Positions 1 to 14,072 of a stretch of 64,000 nucleotides of DNA are shown here, one piece after another (the stretch's first letter is position 1; every line of letters starts with the position of its first letter). The stretch is from the NCBI RefSeq assembly GCF_009914755.1, contig NC_060926.1; one strand, written 5' to 3'. The translations under genes and the position numbers were made by a program. The notes beneath the pieces were generated by a model, which was given only the letters and a program-made list of their open reading frames with translations, did not search any database and was not told the origin of the DNA. Source of the DNA: the human T2T-CHM13v2.0 reference genome, Homo sapiens.

Positions 1-199
1 GTGGTCTTGAATTAGGTCCTCAAAGTGAGTTTTAAAAGATTGGGTGGTTGTACCTGGCTTAACAGCAGTTTATACAAAAAGAAGCTTTTTTTTTTTTTTT
101 TACCACAAGATTACTGTGAACCAATAGGGTAATATAGTTTCTAAATAAGTTCGTGTAAAACTTGCATTATTATAATAGAATTATGGTAATGACACCAGA

Positions 200-690
200 G
201 GAAGTAAAAATCCAGCTTTATTTTGCATTGGCTGGACCTTGTCTGGAGGATGGTACTCTGTTTTGATTATTCATATCCCCAAGGATAGAAGAGGAGAAGA
301 GTGAATGATTGGATGAAAGCCCTTCCAACAATGTCTTCTGAAGATGGATGGTAAAGACATAATGTTGGGGTAGCCCAGGCACTGTCACTACTTCTTTGAT
401 GGGCTGCCATGGAGCAGAGGGACAAGGTAGGGCCAGACGGTAGAGCTGCACCCAATATTGGAAGGCATTGGGTGCATGTATTAGGTGGGGGGATAATTTC
501 AGCTCATTAGGCGCCAAAGCTCTCTAATATTAGAGGCATCCTAGAATGGGATCAGTGATCTCTGGAGGTAGTAGGCATCCTGTCACTTGGAATGTCCAGG
601 AAGGTTCTGCAGTGGGAGTTTCAGCACCGAGTAGGTGGCTGAGCTAGACAACTTCTGAGATCCCAGTTTTGAGGTTGTACAGTCATGGGA
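200..690 (+). mobile_element. L3/CR1 LINE 3' fragment
   Basis: Degenerate CR1 3' motifs (tttgcattggctggacc..., gatgggctgccatggagcagaggg, gaggtagtaggcatcctgtcacttggaatgtcc). Boundaries approximate. Confidence 0.65.
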
Positions 691-1675
691 TAGAATGTAC
701 AATTCACCTATTACTGGGAGATGCCAGCAGGTCGTGTGACTAGAAATGAGTTTCAGGTCTGCCAAGGAGAAGAATTCTAGACCTGGCTTGTCCATCAGCT
801 CTGTGATTAGAACCATCAGTTAATCTTTGGCCTTTCTTTTTGCTGAAAGGTGGAAGAGAACGTCTTGGACGTAGATGAAGTGTTGTTTCTCCCAGATGAA
901 GCTAGCTGATGTAGAGGTTGTGAGGGAAATGGCCCCATCCTCTGTTAGCATTGGGATCTCATCCCATTGGGATGAGAATGTTTATGTGATATCCTGGTGT
1001 TTGAGGATGGTTGATTGTAAGCTACAGCTGATGAGATGAAGTCTTGCCTTATGGCTGACTTCTCAGTGTTGAGTGAGGGAAGTCCTGGGGCCTTAGACGG
1101 CAATAGGCACCTGCCTACGTAGGCAGATAGGACTCAAATAGCCTTTTTAGCTATTGTAATTGTTGGAAATTGAGATTTCTACACAGCTACTCTAAGATTC
1201 TGGGCTCTGGGAGGTACAAGGAGCCAGTGTAAAGATAAATATGTCATTTTTGGAAACAAAATTTTGTCAGTGGGTAGTGTTCTATATTTCTTTGTAATCT
1301 TCCCAAAATCCTTAGTAAAGTGTTGTTTCTCTGTTGTATTCAGGTCTCAGCTGTGTTTGGTAGAGTGTTAAAAGCAGAGTGCCAAATGCCAAAAAGCATT
1401 AGGAAATCAGTGAAAGATCCCCACCACCCGCCAATGGGATGTGAAATCTCTGCGCTAGAGGGAAGAGCCAGGGTCTAGCAGTGTCTCCTTCCCATGGCAA
1501 ATGTAGAGGCGATGGATGCTATTTTTGCTAAGGACAGAGACATGTTTGTATATCCTCAGCATCTTGGCCTGCTTCTTCATCTGCTTCTGTTGTGGTTGGG
1601 TGGAGGGGTGGGTCATCCCTTTTTTCCAGCCAGGGATCAGAGATCACGGCTGGGGGTTGGTGGCCATTAAGTAGC

Positions 1676-2165
1676 AGTGTATTAGTTATTTATTGCTGTA
1701 TAACAAATTGCCCCAAAACTTAGCAGTTTAAAACACCCACAATTTATTTTTTCCCATAGTTTCTGAGTGTCAGGAACTGGTTGTGGCTCAGGTACATGCC
1801 TCTGGCTCAGGATCTCACATGGGATTGCAGTCAAGCTGGGGCTGCAGTCTCTGCAGGCTTGAGTGAGTGTGAGGATCCACTCAATTTCAATCTCACCCAT
1901 GTGGTGGTAGGCAGGATACCCAGGAGACTCCATCTCCTCACTAGGTGGCTCCCTCCTTAGGGTTGCTCATGAAATGATTTCCCTCAAGAGCAAGTATCCC
2001 AAGGGCAAGGGAGTGACAGAGTAACAAAAATGGAAATTGCAGGCGTTTATAACCTAGTCTCAAAAGTGACATACCATCACTTCTGCCATATTCTGTTGGT
2101 CACACAGACTCACCTTGATTCAAAGCATAAAGTGTAAATACCAGGAGGTAAGGATAACTGGGGAT
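1676..2165 (-). mobile_element. MaLR LTR (MLT1F/G/H-like)
   Basis: tattgctgtataacaaattgccccaaaacttagcagtttaaaacac... and catcacttctgccatattctgttggtcacacag motifs. Confidence 0.75.
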
Positions 2166-2234
2166 TTTAACTCTAATTGCAAACATAAAAGTTTAAATTA
2201 GCTCCAGAAAGATCCATATCTGGGCAGAAGGGAT

Positions 2235-2410
2235 TGATTCATTTGGCAGACTCATTAAGCACTTCCTTTGTGCCAGTCACTGTTCTAGGTGCTGAAAATA
2301 CCATGACGAACAAGACTTTCAAAGTCCCTGCTTTTGAGGATTTTACATTTTAATGATAGAGACAGAAAATGAACAAATACAAAAAATAAGCGTTTTAGAT
2401 GCTATAAAGA
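2235..2410 (-). mobile_element. L2 3' fragment
   Basis: ttaagcacttcctttgtgccagtcactgttctaggtgctgaaaatacc...gtccctgcttttgagg. Confidence 0.6.
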
Positions 2411-2599
2411 AAATAAAAGATAAGCTAGTGAAGGGGAGCATACATCTATATGGCTTGCTTACTTGTAACTTGGTCTTCCTTCACAGGACCTCATGGGATG
2501 GTGGTATCAGTCCTTTGCCCCCTTCCAGGCCTACCTGGGCCACTTCTGTGTGGCTCAATCTATAAGAAGATTGAGGCTACCCTGGAATTGGGTAGGGAG

Positions 2600-2920
2600 T
2601 TTATTTATTTTTACTATTTTATTTTATTTATTTTTAGACATAGGATCTTGCTCTGTCATTCAGGCTGGGGTGCAGTGGTTGTGATCAAAGCTCACTGCAG
2701 CCTCTAACTCTTGGGTTCAAGCAATTCTCCCTTCTCAGCCTCCCAAGTAGCTAAGACTATAGGCACATGCCACTATGCCGGGCTACTTTTTTTATTTTTT
2801 GTAGAGATGGGGGGTCTCACTATGTTGTCAGGCTGGTCTCAAACTCCTAGCCTTAAGCAATCTTCCCACCTTGGCCTCCCAAAGTGCAGAGGTTACAGGC
2901 ATAAGCCACTGTGCCTGGCT
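2600..2920 (-). mobile_element. AluJ
   Basis: Full dimeric Alu, reverse orientation, with J-type features (gctcactgcagcctc, gtctcactatgttg). Confidence 0.9.
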
Positions 2921-3545
2921 GGGTGGACACTTGAGAACATCTGTTGATGCCCTACTGTAGAACAAATTTTATTAGATTGTAGGCTTCCTGAGGGCAGGCT
3001 CTCTGCTTTCTTAGTCTGTGCATCCCCTAGACACCCAGATATTGTCAGATGGCCTGGCTCCCAGTCCTGTGCACTTTTTAGGTTCTGTTCTGCCCATGCC
3101 CATCATTATCCTGGAGCTTGCTCCCATGCAGGAGGTCATTCTCTGGAAGCTTTTCTGGTGTTTCCACCAGACATGACTACCAGAGTTAATGTGGGGAGCT
3201 GTGGTCACATCCGAAAGCCTCATTTTCAACAAGAGTACTTTGAAAGAGAAAAGTCTTGGCCACTTGTCAGCAAAAATGGGTATTCAGACCTAAAGTATTT
3301 TCACATTTGTTATCTCACTGCCTCTCAAAACAGACTTGTGAATTAGGCAGACTATAGTTTATCAGTCAGTTTTACAGATGAAGACACCAAGATTCAGAGA
3401 GATATAAGTATTTTTGTGTTATATCATCATTATGATGGGAGGAGCTGGAGAATTTGACCACATGACAGAGGTATCCCATTTTCTCTCTGTAACTATCCTA
3501 CGTTATGTTCTGCACAATAAAATCCATGTGGTCTAGTCAAGAAGA

Positions 3546-3690
3546 GCGCTTCTCAGCTTCGATGTACTGACTCATTCCCCAGGGACCTCAATTGCAAATT
3601 CTAATTCCGTAAGATGGTGCCTGAGATTCTGCATTTCTCACAAACTTCCAGGTGATGCCCATGCTCTGCTCCATGGGCCACATTGTCAAT
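3546..3690. mobile_element. MER5-like hAT-Charlie DNA transposon relic
   Basis: cctgagattctgcatttctcacaaacttccaggtgatgccc motif. Confidence 0.65.
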
Positions 3691-4702
3691 AACAAGGGCC
3701 ACCCTCTGTCCCCATTTCCATACATCAGAAACCAAGCCATCCATTAAAATACGGGGCAAAGATCCCTGTGCCCTTGAAACCCATCTAATGTCTGCAGTCA
3801 GAAGTACCATGTTCTCCCTGCACACCCAAGCCAAGGACTGGCTCCCCTCGGAGGGCACTGGTCACATACTGCTTGCATGAAGTGACCTTTGATCATGGCT
3901 CACACTGAATTGGACTCAGAGTGCCTCTGAATTTATGTCTTTTAAAAATATCATTGACTGTTTGTACCATGTAGGCGGTATCAGTAACGAGATGGAGGGC
4001 ATTGGGTTGCCCAGCTGAGCAATTCTCTATTTCTTTTCTACTGGGACATTTCACTAACTAATATAATCTTCCAGTGATATTGACAAGGCTATGCTTTCAG
4101 GCTGTTGGGACATTCTAAGTTTAAACTGAGAAGACAGCTGACAAATAGACTCTGGGCTTTAAGCCTTTGTATAGTCTTTATAACTGGCAAATTTTGAGTC
4201 CATTGCAGCTGACCTTTACTTAGGGAAAAGTCTCTTCTCATAACATGGAAGACCTAGACATATGTTGAGGATCTTCTTGGTACCAGGCTCTGATTAGCAG
4301 CAGACACAAGATTCTTGTGGGCAGGAACCAGCTGATACTTATATCTAAATCCCCATTATCTAGAACATGTAGATGTACTCAATAAATTCTCAAATACCCA
4401 CTGTGCTGGGCCACATACATATGTTATTACTTTAAAAAAAATCCAGGAAAGCATTATAACATATCCTCTGTGAATTTCTGTCTATTGAGTCTCTGTTTTG
4501 AAAGTTTAGGATTAGACAGTTTCTAGGTAAGGAAGTTGGTGATTCCTTTTTACTGGACAGATGGGCACACAGACGCTCTGGGAGTTGATTAACCCCACCT
4601 TGACATTTTTGCAGTCCTGGCTTTGTCTTACAGTGGGTCTTGGAACATGTCCAATATATACTTAGACATACTTCTCTGGGAGAAAAGCTTTTACACTTCA
4701 GA

Positions 4703-4752
4703 AACACATACACACACGCGCGCACACACACACACACACTCTCTCTCTCTCT
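4703..4752. repeat. Compound (CA)n(CG)n(CA)n(CT)n microsatellite
   Basis: acacatacacacacgcgcgcacacacacacacacactctctctctctct read directly. Confidence 0.95.
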
Positions 4753-5239
4753 TAATTTGAGGTTGAATTTTTCTGCCCTGATTAGCTGTGTCTTTGAGCT
4801 TCAAGAGCTAGTTTTACTGTGGTTATTAACGAGGCCAATCTCTGATAGCTGGCCTTTTTCAAAAGCATTCCGGCCTGCTAAACAGTGGCCTTTCATGATT
4901 TACAAGTTTGGAATCTTTGAGAATTTTCAACAATTAAGGTACTAACTTTTCACACTCCTCTGGTCCCCAAACTTCTTAATCGCAAAACCTTGAAAACGTG
5001 CCATGGCAAGGGGAGTTTGGTGCCCCTGCAGGTTGCCTCCTGGACTCGGGAGGGTCCAGCAAGCTTGCTCAGTCCAGCAGGCATCATTTCCCGAGAGGAT
5101 GTTGGCAGGAAGTCACTGGTGCTGCTCTTGAGCATGAAGCCTGTGCTAACTACGTGTGAAGTTACAGTCCAGAGCAGGCACTGTCAGATAGTAACTCCAA
5201 AGGCTCAGGAGGAAACACTTGCTTTAGCTTAGCATGTCA

Positions 5240-5440
5240 CTGTTTTCGAAGTGCTTGCAAACTTGCCAGCTCACTTGATCTTTACAACAAAGCTGTGTGG
5301 TGCACAGACAAAAATGCTATGATCACTGAATGGGCGAAGTGAGGATCAGAGAGGTAGAACAACTTGCCTAAGGACACACAGTCAGTGGCAAAGCTGGGAC
5401 TTACGGACTTTCTGGTTTCTTGTCCGAAGCTCATTCCAAC
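5240..5440 (-). mobile_element. MIR
   Basis: gaagtgaggatcagagaggtagaacaacttgcctaaggacacacag core. Confidence 0.65.
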
Positions 5441-6199
5441 AAGTGCGTCAACTCCTTTGGTTTAAGAATGTGCTTCTTTGGTGAAAGAATTAAAGATGTT
5501 GGCTTAAGACTTCTCTACCATGATCAGTGAACTGCATTCTGGTTTCACAAGACATTTATTGATCCTTTGGACATCCTATGTTCCTATTTGATCTAATAAT
5601 GAATCCGGATGCACAATACCAGTAGAAAGTTAAAAGATCAAGTCTGAAAATGTTTAAAAGCATCTTTTCTTAATCATTTATTTCATTAGTTATTTCTAGT
5701 GATTAGTGAAAAAGTAGTAAAATATACAACCTTCATTACAGCTATTTCTGTCAACAACGGAAAACAGGCACAAATGAAATTTTGACACGTAATGTCTAGA
5801 ATAAATAAGCATAATATGCAGTTTAATTACTTACATAAAAGCTACATGATAATGTGTGTCACAAGTTAATTCTGAATGTGATTCACTCTACCATTTCTTT
5901 TTTTATTCCTCCTGCCAAACAATGAAAATGTTTGTTAAAGGATATTTGAAACCTTTCCCAAAGACTAGGTAAACAAGCAGAAAAAAATACAAAAAAAAGA
6001 GTAAAATGGCAAGTAAATAATTTGACTTTAAGGCTAATAGTTTTGCATTTTAATTGCTTTTTTAGCTTTTTTCCTCTAAAAAATAATATATTTGTATAAT
6101 ACTTTAACGTTTAGGAAATACTTTTGCATGTATTTATCTTGTTTCATCCTTAAAATACACCTGTGAAGTAAACAGGGTGAATACATTTTTCACAAATAT

Positions 6200-6500
6200 T
6201 ATTATTATTATTTTTCCAGATGGAGTCTTGCTCTCCTGCCGGGGTTGGAGTGCAGTGGTGCAATCTCAGCTCACTGCAACCTCTGCCTCCCGAGCTCAAG
6301 CAATTCTCTTGCTTTAGCCTCCTGAGTAACTGGGATTACAGGCACACGCCACCATGCTTGGCTAATTTTTGTATTTTTAGTAGAGATGGGGGGTTTCACC
6401 ATGTTGGCCAGGCTGGTCTCGAACTCCTGACCTCAAGTAATCCACCTGCCTCAGCCTCCAAAAGTGTTGGGATTACAGGCGTGAGCCACAGTGCCTAGCC
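6200..6500 (-). mobile_element. AluS (Sz/Sx-like)
   Basis: Full Alu, reverse orientation. Confidence 0.92.
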
Positions 6501-6991
6501 TATTTTTTTTATAGGGGAAGAATCAGAGGCAGGGTGAGGCTTGGCAAGTTCCAAACAGTGTCTTCTAATTTATAGTTCCATATTCATTTTACAGTTTTCC
6601 CCACTTTACCCATCATTGTAAATGGAGAGGGGTGTATATGTTTGTATTGTTGTGTACAGCTGAGTGTGTTTTATAAGGTACTTCGTGCATAATCAAGGTT
6701 CAAAAATAGTATATTAAGACTTTTAAAAAATCCTTATATTATTACTTACATATTAAATTACATTTTCCAGTGTTTATAAGTCCTTTAATCTCTTTGGAAT
6801 AGCTTGCAGATGCTACTAACAGTTTTTTAAAAATTAGGCATATAAATATAACACATCTAAGCAAAATTCCTAACTCAATTGTCTTGTTTCTGAAACTTCT
6901 AATAAAGCACTGTTTTTTCACAGAGAAAACCTATTGTTAGTATTAAAAATGAATAAATAAGTGGCATTACGTGTTATGGCATCATGTTGTG

Positions 6992-7057
6992 AAAATGTAG
7001 AGAATAAAAAGAAGTGAGTATTATCTAAAAATGTAGATAATAAAAAGAAGTGAGTAT
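6992..7057. repeat. Tandem duplication, 30-bp unit, period 36
   Basis: aaaatgtaga(g/t)aataaaaagaagtgagtat at 6992-7021 and 7028-7057, one mismatch. Confidence 0.95.
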
Positions 7058-7445
7058 GTATCAACAGTAGGACTCAAAGGCTACGTAATGAATGTATGAT
7101 TCGGTATATTTGATCAAGGGAGAAACTATCCAGAATTCCATTGCTGTGTGGATTTTTATTGATTTGAAGTAAGACATGTGAAAACTTGTATTCTGCGAAG
7201 TGTACATTTTAGCTGTTTTCTTACTATGATCATAGTTATTGGTACCTACCAAGTTCTTGCTACACTTGGATAAGTCTCATTCCCTAACTAAAGTGTGTTG
7301 CTCCTGGAAGTGCAGAAGATAATGTCCCCAGCACTCTAACTTGAATTTTTAACTTCTCCTCAAATCTATCTTTCAAAAGATCTTCATATCTACCCACTTC
7401 TCACCACGTCCATTTGGTCTGAATCTCCACTGTCTCTTGACCAAG

Positions 7446-7793
7446 TGCTACAGTCTGAATATTTATGTCCCCCCAAAATTCAGATGTTGAAATTCTAGCC
7501 CCCAAAGTGATGGAATGAGAAGGTGGGGTCTTTGGGGAGGTGAGTAAGTCATGAGAGTGAAGTCCTTATAAATGGGATTAGTGCCCTTACAAAGGAGGCC
7601 TCTTACACCATGTGAGGACAAGGCAGGAAGGCAGCCTCTGTGAGCCAGGAAATAGTCCATTACCACACACTGAATCCACCAATGCCTTGATCTTGGAATT
7701 CCCAGACTTTGTAACTGTGAGAAGTAAATTCCTGTTGTTCATAAGCCACCCAGTCTATGGCATTTTGTTATAGCTGCCTGAATGGACTAAGAT
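7446..7793 (+). mobile_element. MaLR LTR (MLT1A-like)
   Basis: Starts tgctacagtctgaatatttatgtccccccaaaattc and ends ...ctgaatggactaaga. Confidence 0.85.
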
Positions 7794-8178
7794 GCCAGGA
7801 AATGGAGCAGCCTCCTATAGAGCCCACCTGCTTTCCCTGTTGCTCCGGACAACCCACTCTCCACACAGTAGTCAGAGTGATCTTTGACATCACATCCTTG
7901 CTTGAAACCTGACAGAGGTTTCCCATCCCCTTTAGAAGAAAACACAACTCTGACTGTGGCTGACAGAGCTCCACGGTGGTGGAGCCTCTGCCCACCTTAC
8001 CACCCTCACATCCCACCTCTTGACTCCGGACTCACTGCACTCTGGCTGCTGGCTGGCTTGCTGCTCCTGGGCACACCGTCTCATCCTGCCCAGCACCTGC
8101 ATTGGCCTTATATGACCTATCCGTAGATCTCTGTAAGGCTGGGTCCTCCTGATCCTTCAGATCTATGCAGCCTTCTCA

Positions 8179-9130
<952 letters not shown>

Positions 9131-9562
9131 TTAACTGTAATCCTCCAACAGTGCTAGGTAGTGTCAGCTCACTGGGCACAGTGGAGTAAACTGAGTCTCA
9201 GAGAAGCTTACTAATGTGTATAAGGATTTGCAATTCTTAACAAACCCATGGATGGCACATTGACTGGAGTGTCATTCCAGGGCTGGGCTCTTCCACTGCA
9301 CTGTGCAGCAAATGGCAGCCGGGCAGCAGGTGCCTTTCTTTCCTAGCACATGGATCAGTTAGTACTCATTACTGGAGGAATATGTGTATAGATAAAATGT
9401 AACTGTGGTATCTGTGAGAGGACCACCAAAAGCTCATAATACAAACTAACCATAAGGACAAAAACTTTTCAAAAGTGACAAGGCAGCCACTCTCCTGGCT
9501 GGCTCAGTTGGTGTATGCCACTCACTCTTAGTAATTTTGGGGGTTAGAATAATACTCAGAAT

Positions 9563-9719
9563 TGTAATCCCAGCTATTTGGGAGGCCAAGGTGGGAGGAT
9601 TGCTTGAGCCAAGGAGTTCGAGGCTGCAGTGAACTATGATCATGCTACTGCACTCCGGCCTGGGTAACAGAATGAGACTCTGTCTCTAAAAAACTCAACC
9701 AACCAACCAACCAACAAAA
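9563..9719 (+). mobile_element. Alu right monomer (FRAM or truncated AluJ) with (AACC)n tail
   Basis: Begins tgtaatcccagctatttgggagg; no left monomer. Confidence 0.85.
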
Positions 9720-10215
9720 CTTGTAATTGTGGATTAGGATGAAGAAGAGCAAATCCTCTTTCTACCATCACAGCTTTTCTAATACTACCTGCTCAGCAAA
9801 CATTCGGCTCTTGCTGTGTCCATTCTATTTCTCTTACTAGGCAAGGAATTCCCAGTGCCAGGGGCTGTGCTGAATATCCAGGGCGGTCCCACAGCCTGTC
9901 TATCCCCAGAGGCCGACATGGGTAAGCATATGGTATGGTTGTGGGATGACTGGATGACATTTTATCCTGTCTCTAATTTCTTTGAAAATCAGAAAGGAGC
10001 ATGTGGTTCTTGTCATTTCTTTAAGAATGGACCTCATTTGAATTGGTAGAGAGCCCCAGTGTGGGCGAGATAACCCTGTGAGGATAGCCCTTAATGAGCC
10101 ACTTCAATAAACATTGTATTCTCCATTGACATCTTAGCCTGGACGAAAATCATTCTTCCCTTTGCCAAATGGTGAGTGCACCAAATGTGGCTCCTGACAA
10201 AGGTGGTGTCCATAT

Positions 10216-10399
10216 CTAGGATTTACAAGCTGTAGCACCAAGCTCCTTGCAAATCCTAGGTATGGCAAACCCTAGGTATGGCTCCTTAGCTTGTTGGTTA
10301 TGTTGCCAGCTTGCAAATCCTAGGAGCTTGGTGGTTATGTCCCCAGCCTGCAAATCCTAGGTATGGTGAAACACTAGGTATGATGAAAATTCATACCTA
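10216..10399. repeat. Mosaic of short direct and inverted repeats built on GCAAATCCTAGGTATGG
   Basis: gcaaatcctagg at 10249, 10313 and 10350; ctaggtatg four times; several inverted copies. Confidence 0.9.
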
Positions 10400-10400
10400 T

Positions 10401-10845
10401 TGTTATGGGTTGATGTGTGTCCCCAGAAAGATATGTTGAAGCCCCAAACCCCAGGACCTCAGAATACAATGCTATTTGGAAATAAGTTATTGCAAATATC
10501 ATTACTTACATTAACATAAGGTCATACTGGAGCAGGGTGGTCCCTAATGCAATGTGACTGCTGTCCGCCTAAGAAGAGGAACATTTGAGCCTGGAAATAC
10601 ACAGGGAGGATGGTTCTGTGAAGACAGAACAAAAATTGGAGTTATGCTGCCTAAACCAAGGAATGTCTGGGCCACCAAAAGCTGGAAGGGGCAAGGAAGA
10701 ATCCTTCCCTAGAGGCTCTGAAAGGAATAAAGACCTTGATTTGGACTTTTAGCCTTCAGACAGAAGGCTAAAAGAACTATGAGACAATAAATTACTGTTG
10801 TTTTAAACCACCCAGTTTTATGGAAGCCCTAGAAAATGAACATAT
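10401..10845 (+). mobile_element. MaLR LTR (MLT1B/C-like)
   Basis: tgttatgggttgatgtgtgtcccc...ctcagaatacaatgctatttggaaataag...gccctagaaaatgaacata. Confidence 0.85.
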
Positions 10846-11771
10846 CTAGAAATAAAAATTTAGGGATAAATCCTACCACTGGCTGGATTGACTCTTCTAG
10901 GCAACTCATTTAATCCACAAAAAATGAATGAGTAAACAAAGAAGGAAGGACCCATCTGTCTGTAGTTCCCCGTGTCCAATGGGCTGAAAGAAGAGTCACT
11001 GCTGAGCGATATTCCTAGGTTGAGAAACTGGAGAATCATGGAGTATGACACAGTCCTCTATAGGAGTGGAACTCATTGCTGCCAGCTCACTGGAGTTTGT
11101 TCCCAGAATAGCTTCTCCATCTTTGGCCAAATATCAGAACTCTATGCATATTTGTCCATGTTTGATACTACCCTCCCTGCCCACTCACTTGCCAACTTGG
11201 TCCAGTCTGGTCTCAACCTCCATCATGCTTCCAGCTCATTCAAATCATTATTCCAAAGCACATTTTTGGTCATCTTCTTACTTGACGTTTTAACATCATT
11301 AACCACAACCACCTTCTCGAAGCCCTCTCTTTCCTGGGCTTCCTTACCTGTCTAAGCATTCTTCTATGATGTCTTCAGACCTTGTTCTTAAATGTTGAGC
11401 TCCTTGGCTTAATCCCTGGGTCTCTTTTCATCTTCCTACTAGGTCATCTCCTCCACACCCCTGACTCCAGGAGCCATCTACACATGACAAGTCCTCAGGT
11501 TTCGAGACCCATTTGTTCAGCTACTCATGTGACACCTCCACTGGGGTGCCACAAAAGCTCCTCAAACTCAACATATGCAACACCAGACTCAGCAATGTTT
11601 TCCTTAACTCTGGTCTTCCTTGGGGGTTTACTACCTCAGTGAATGTCTTCATCATCCATTTAAATTTGAAAGCCTTAAACCTTAAGTTCATTTCCAATAT
11701 CTTTGCTTACTTCCTTCTCTCCATTTTTTTCATACAGTCGGAAAGTGTCATTATCTTGATCTCTCTCTCTC

Positions 11772-12080
<309 letters not shown>

Positions 12081-12501
12081 TGACTTCTTTCTTATCTCTG
12101 GAATTTGCCTTCTTACCTCTAACTTCCCTACCATCACTTCTATTCAAATTATTTTTACCCATCTCCTGCCCTCCCACCTCCAAATCCATTTTGTACGTAC
12201 TTAGCCAGAGCGATCTCTTAAGAACACAGATATTTTCAAGTCACTCCTCTGCCCAACTCCCTTCAGTGATGGTTCATGTTTAGAGTAGCATCAAATTCTT
12301 TACATATCCTATGAGACCTTCCTAATCTGTCCTCTTAAGCTCATCCAGTTTCCTTCCACCTCTCTGCTTTTCTTCCCAATGCTGGCTTCCTTATGGTGTC
12401 AAATGGCTGCACAGGTCTTTTAGGCTTTATATCCACCTAGCAGTCTGTCCAGCAGGAGAGTGATAGTGGCTTTTAGTAGCTCCCTTAAAAAAGTATTGAC
12501 C

Positions 12502-12834
<333 letters not shown>

Positions 12835-13696
12835 TCAAGAAACTATGGCAAATCTCCCTTTAGGTCTCGTTGGCATGTATCGCCAATTCCTGAACGAATA
12901 CCCTGGCTGAGGAAAAGTCATGAATCATTTACATTGGGCCTAAATTATCTGAATGAATGGCCGGTGCATGGAGAATAAGGTTAGCCTGATTGAATTAAAA
13001 ATAACCAGCATCCACTCCTGGACTGAGGGATAAGGTGAATCCCTTTTCTCTTCCTCTATCACCACACACAAAACTCAACCACCTGGTTTCTCCAGCCTTG
13101 TGGATGGGGTAGAAGGAATGGTGGGGAAGTCACAGTGTTCAGTGCTCCTGGACTGACATCCTTCTCCTTTTTATCTGGGTAACTCCTACTCATTGTTCAA
13201 AATTCAGCACATTGCTTACTCAGGGAAATCTTCCCTGAACTATTCTCAACCCTCCCACCCATCACCAGTTACACACTGGACCTCTGTTATATACTGACAG
13301 ACCTCCCTGATCTGCCCCTTTGCAATACCTACCACCACTGTTGTGGGTAATTGATTGTGAAATTACTGTGATGTCTGTATTTCCCCCACCCACATCATGG
13401 AATGCAAGCTCGGAGAGGGCAGGGCCTCTCCTGCCTTTTTCATGGCTGTGCCTTTAGCTTGCAGCATTTGAAACATCATAGGTGCTCATTAAAAAAGCAT
13501 TGAAAAACCAATCAAAGCAATATATAAAATCTATAGATTATCGAAATGTATAAACAGCAAACCCTTCCCTTGTCATGTCTCTAGCCTAGTCATCAATGAC
13601 AACAATGTCCTCAAATTTATTCCAGTCCTTTTATTCTGTGAATATTTATTTTTGCATGATTGGGCTTATAACGCATACATAATTTTTTATTCTGGG

Positions 13697-13995
13697 GCCG
13701 GGCAAGGTGGCTCATGCTTGTAATTCCAGCACTTTGGGAGGCAGAGGCAGGCAGATCACCTGAGGTCAGGAGTTCGAGACCAACCTGGCCAGAATGATAA
13801 CACCTGGTCTCTACTAAAAATACAAAAATCAGCTGGGCTTGGTGGTGGGCACCTGTAATCCCAGCTACTCGGGAGGCTGAGGCAGGAGAATAGCTTGAAC
13901 CTGGGAGGCAGAGGTTACAGTGAGCCTAGATTGCACCATTGCCCTCTAGCCTGGGAGAAAAGAGTGAAATTCCATTTCAAACAACAACAACAAAA
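13697..13995 (+). mobile_element. AluS (Sx/Sq-like) within an old L1M fragment
   Basis: TSD aatttt(t/g)tattctggg at 13681 and 13995. Confidence 0.92.
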
Positions 13996-14035
13996 ATTTT
14001 GTATTCTGGGTTTTTAAAAATTGACATCATTAACG

Positions 14036-14072
14036 CTGATATATTTACAGAACACTGATATATTTACAGAAC
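14036..14072. repeat. Tandem duplication, 18-bp unit
   Basis: ctgatatatttacagaac at 14036-14053 and 14055-14072. Confidence 0.95.

Noticed and set aside
10216-10399. CRISPR-like repeat appearance
   Set aside because: Primate DNA, irregular spacing, spacers that are themselves repeats, and no cas genes.
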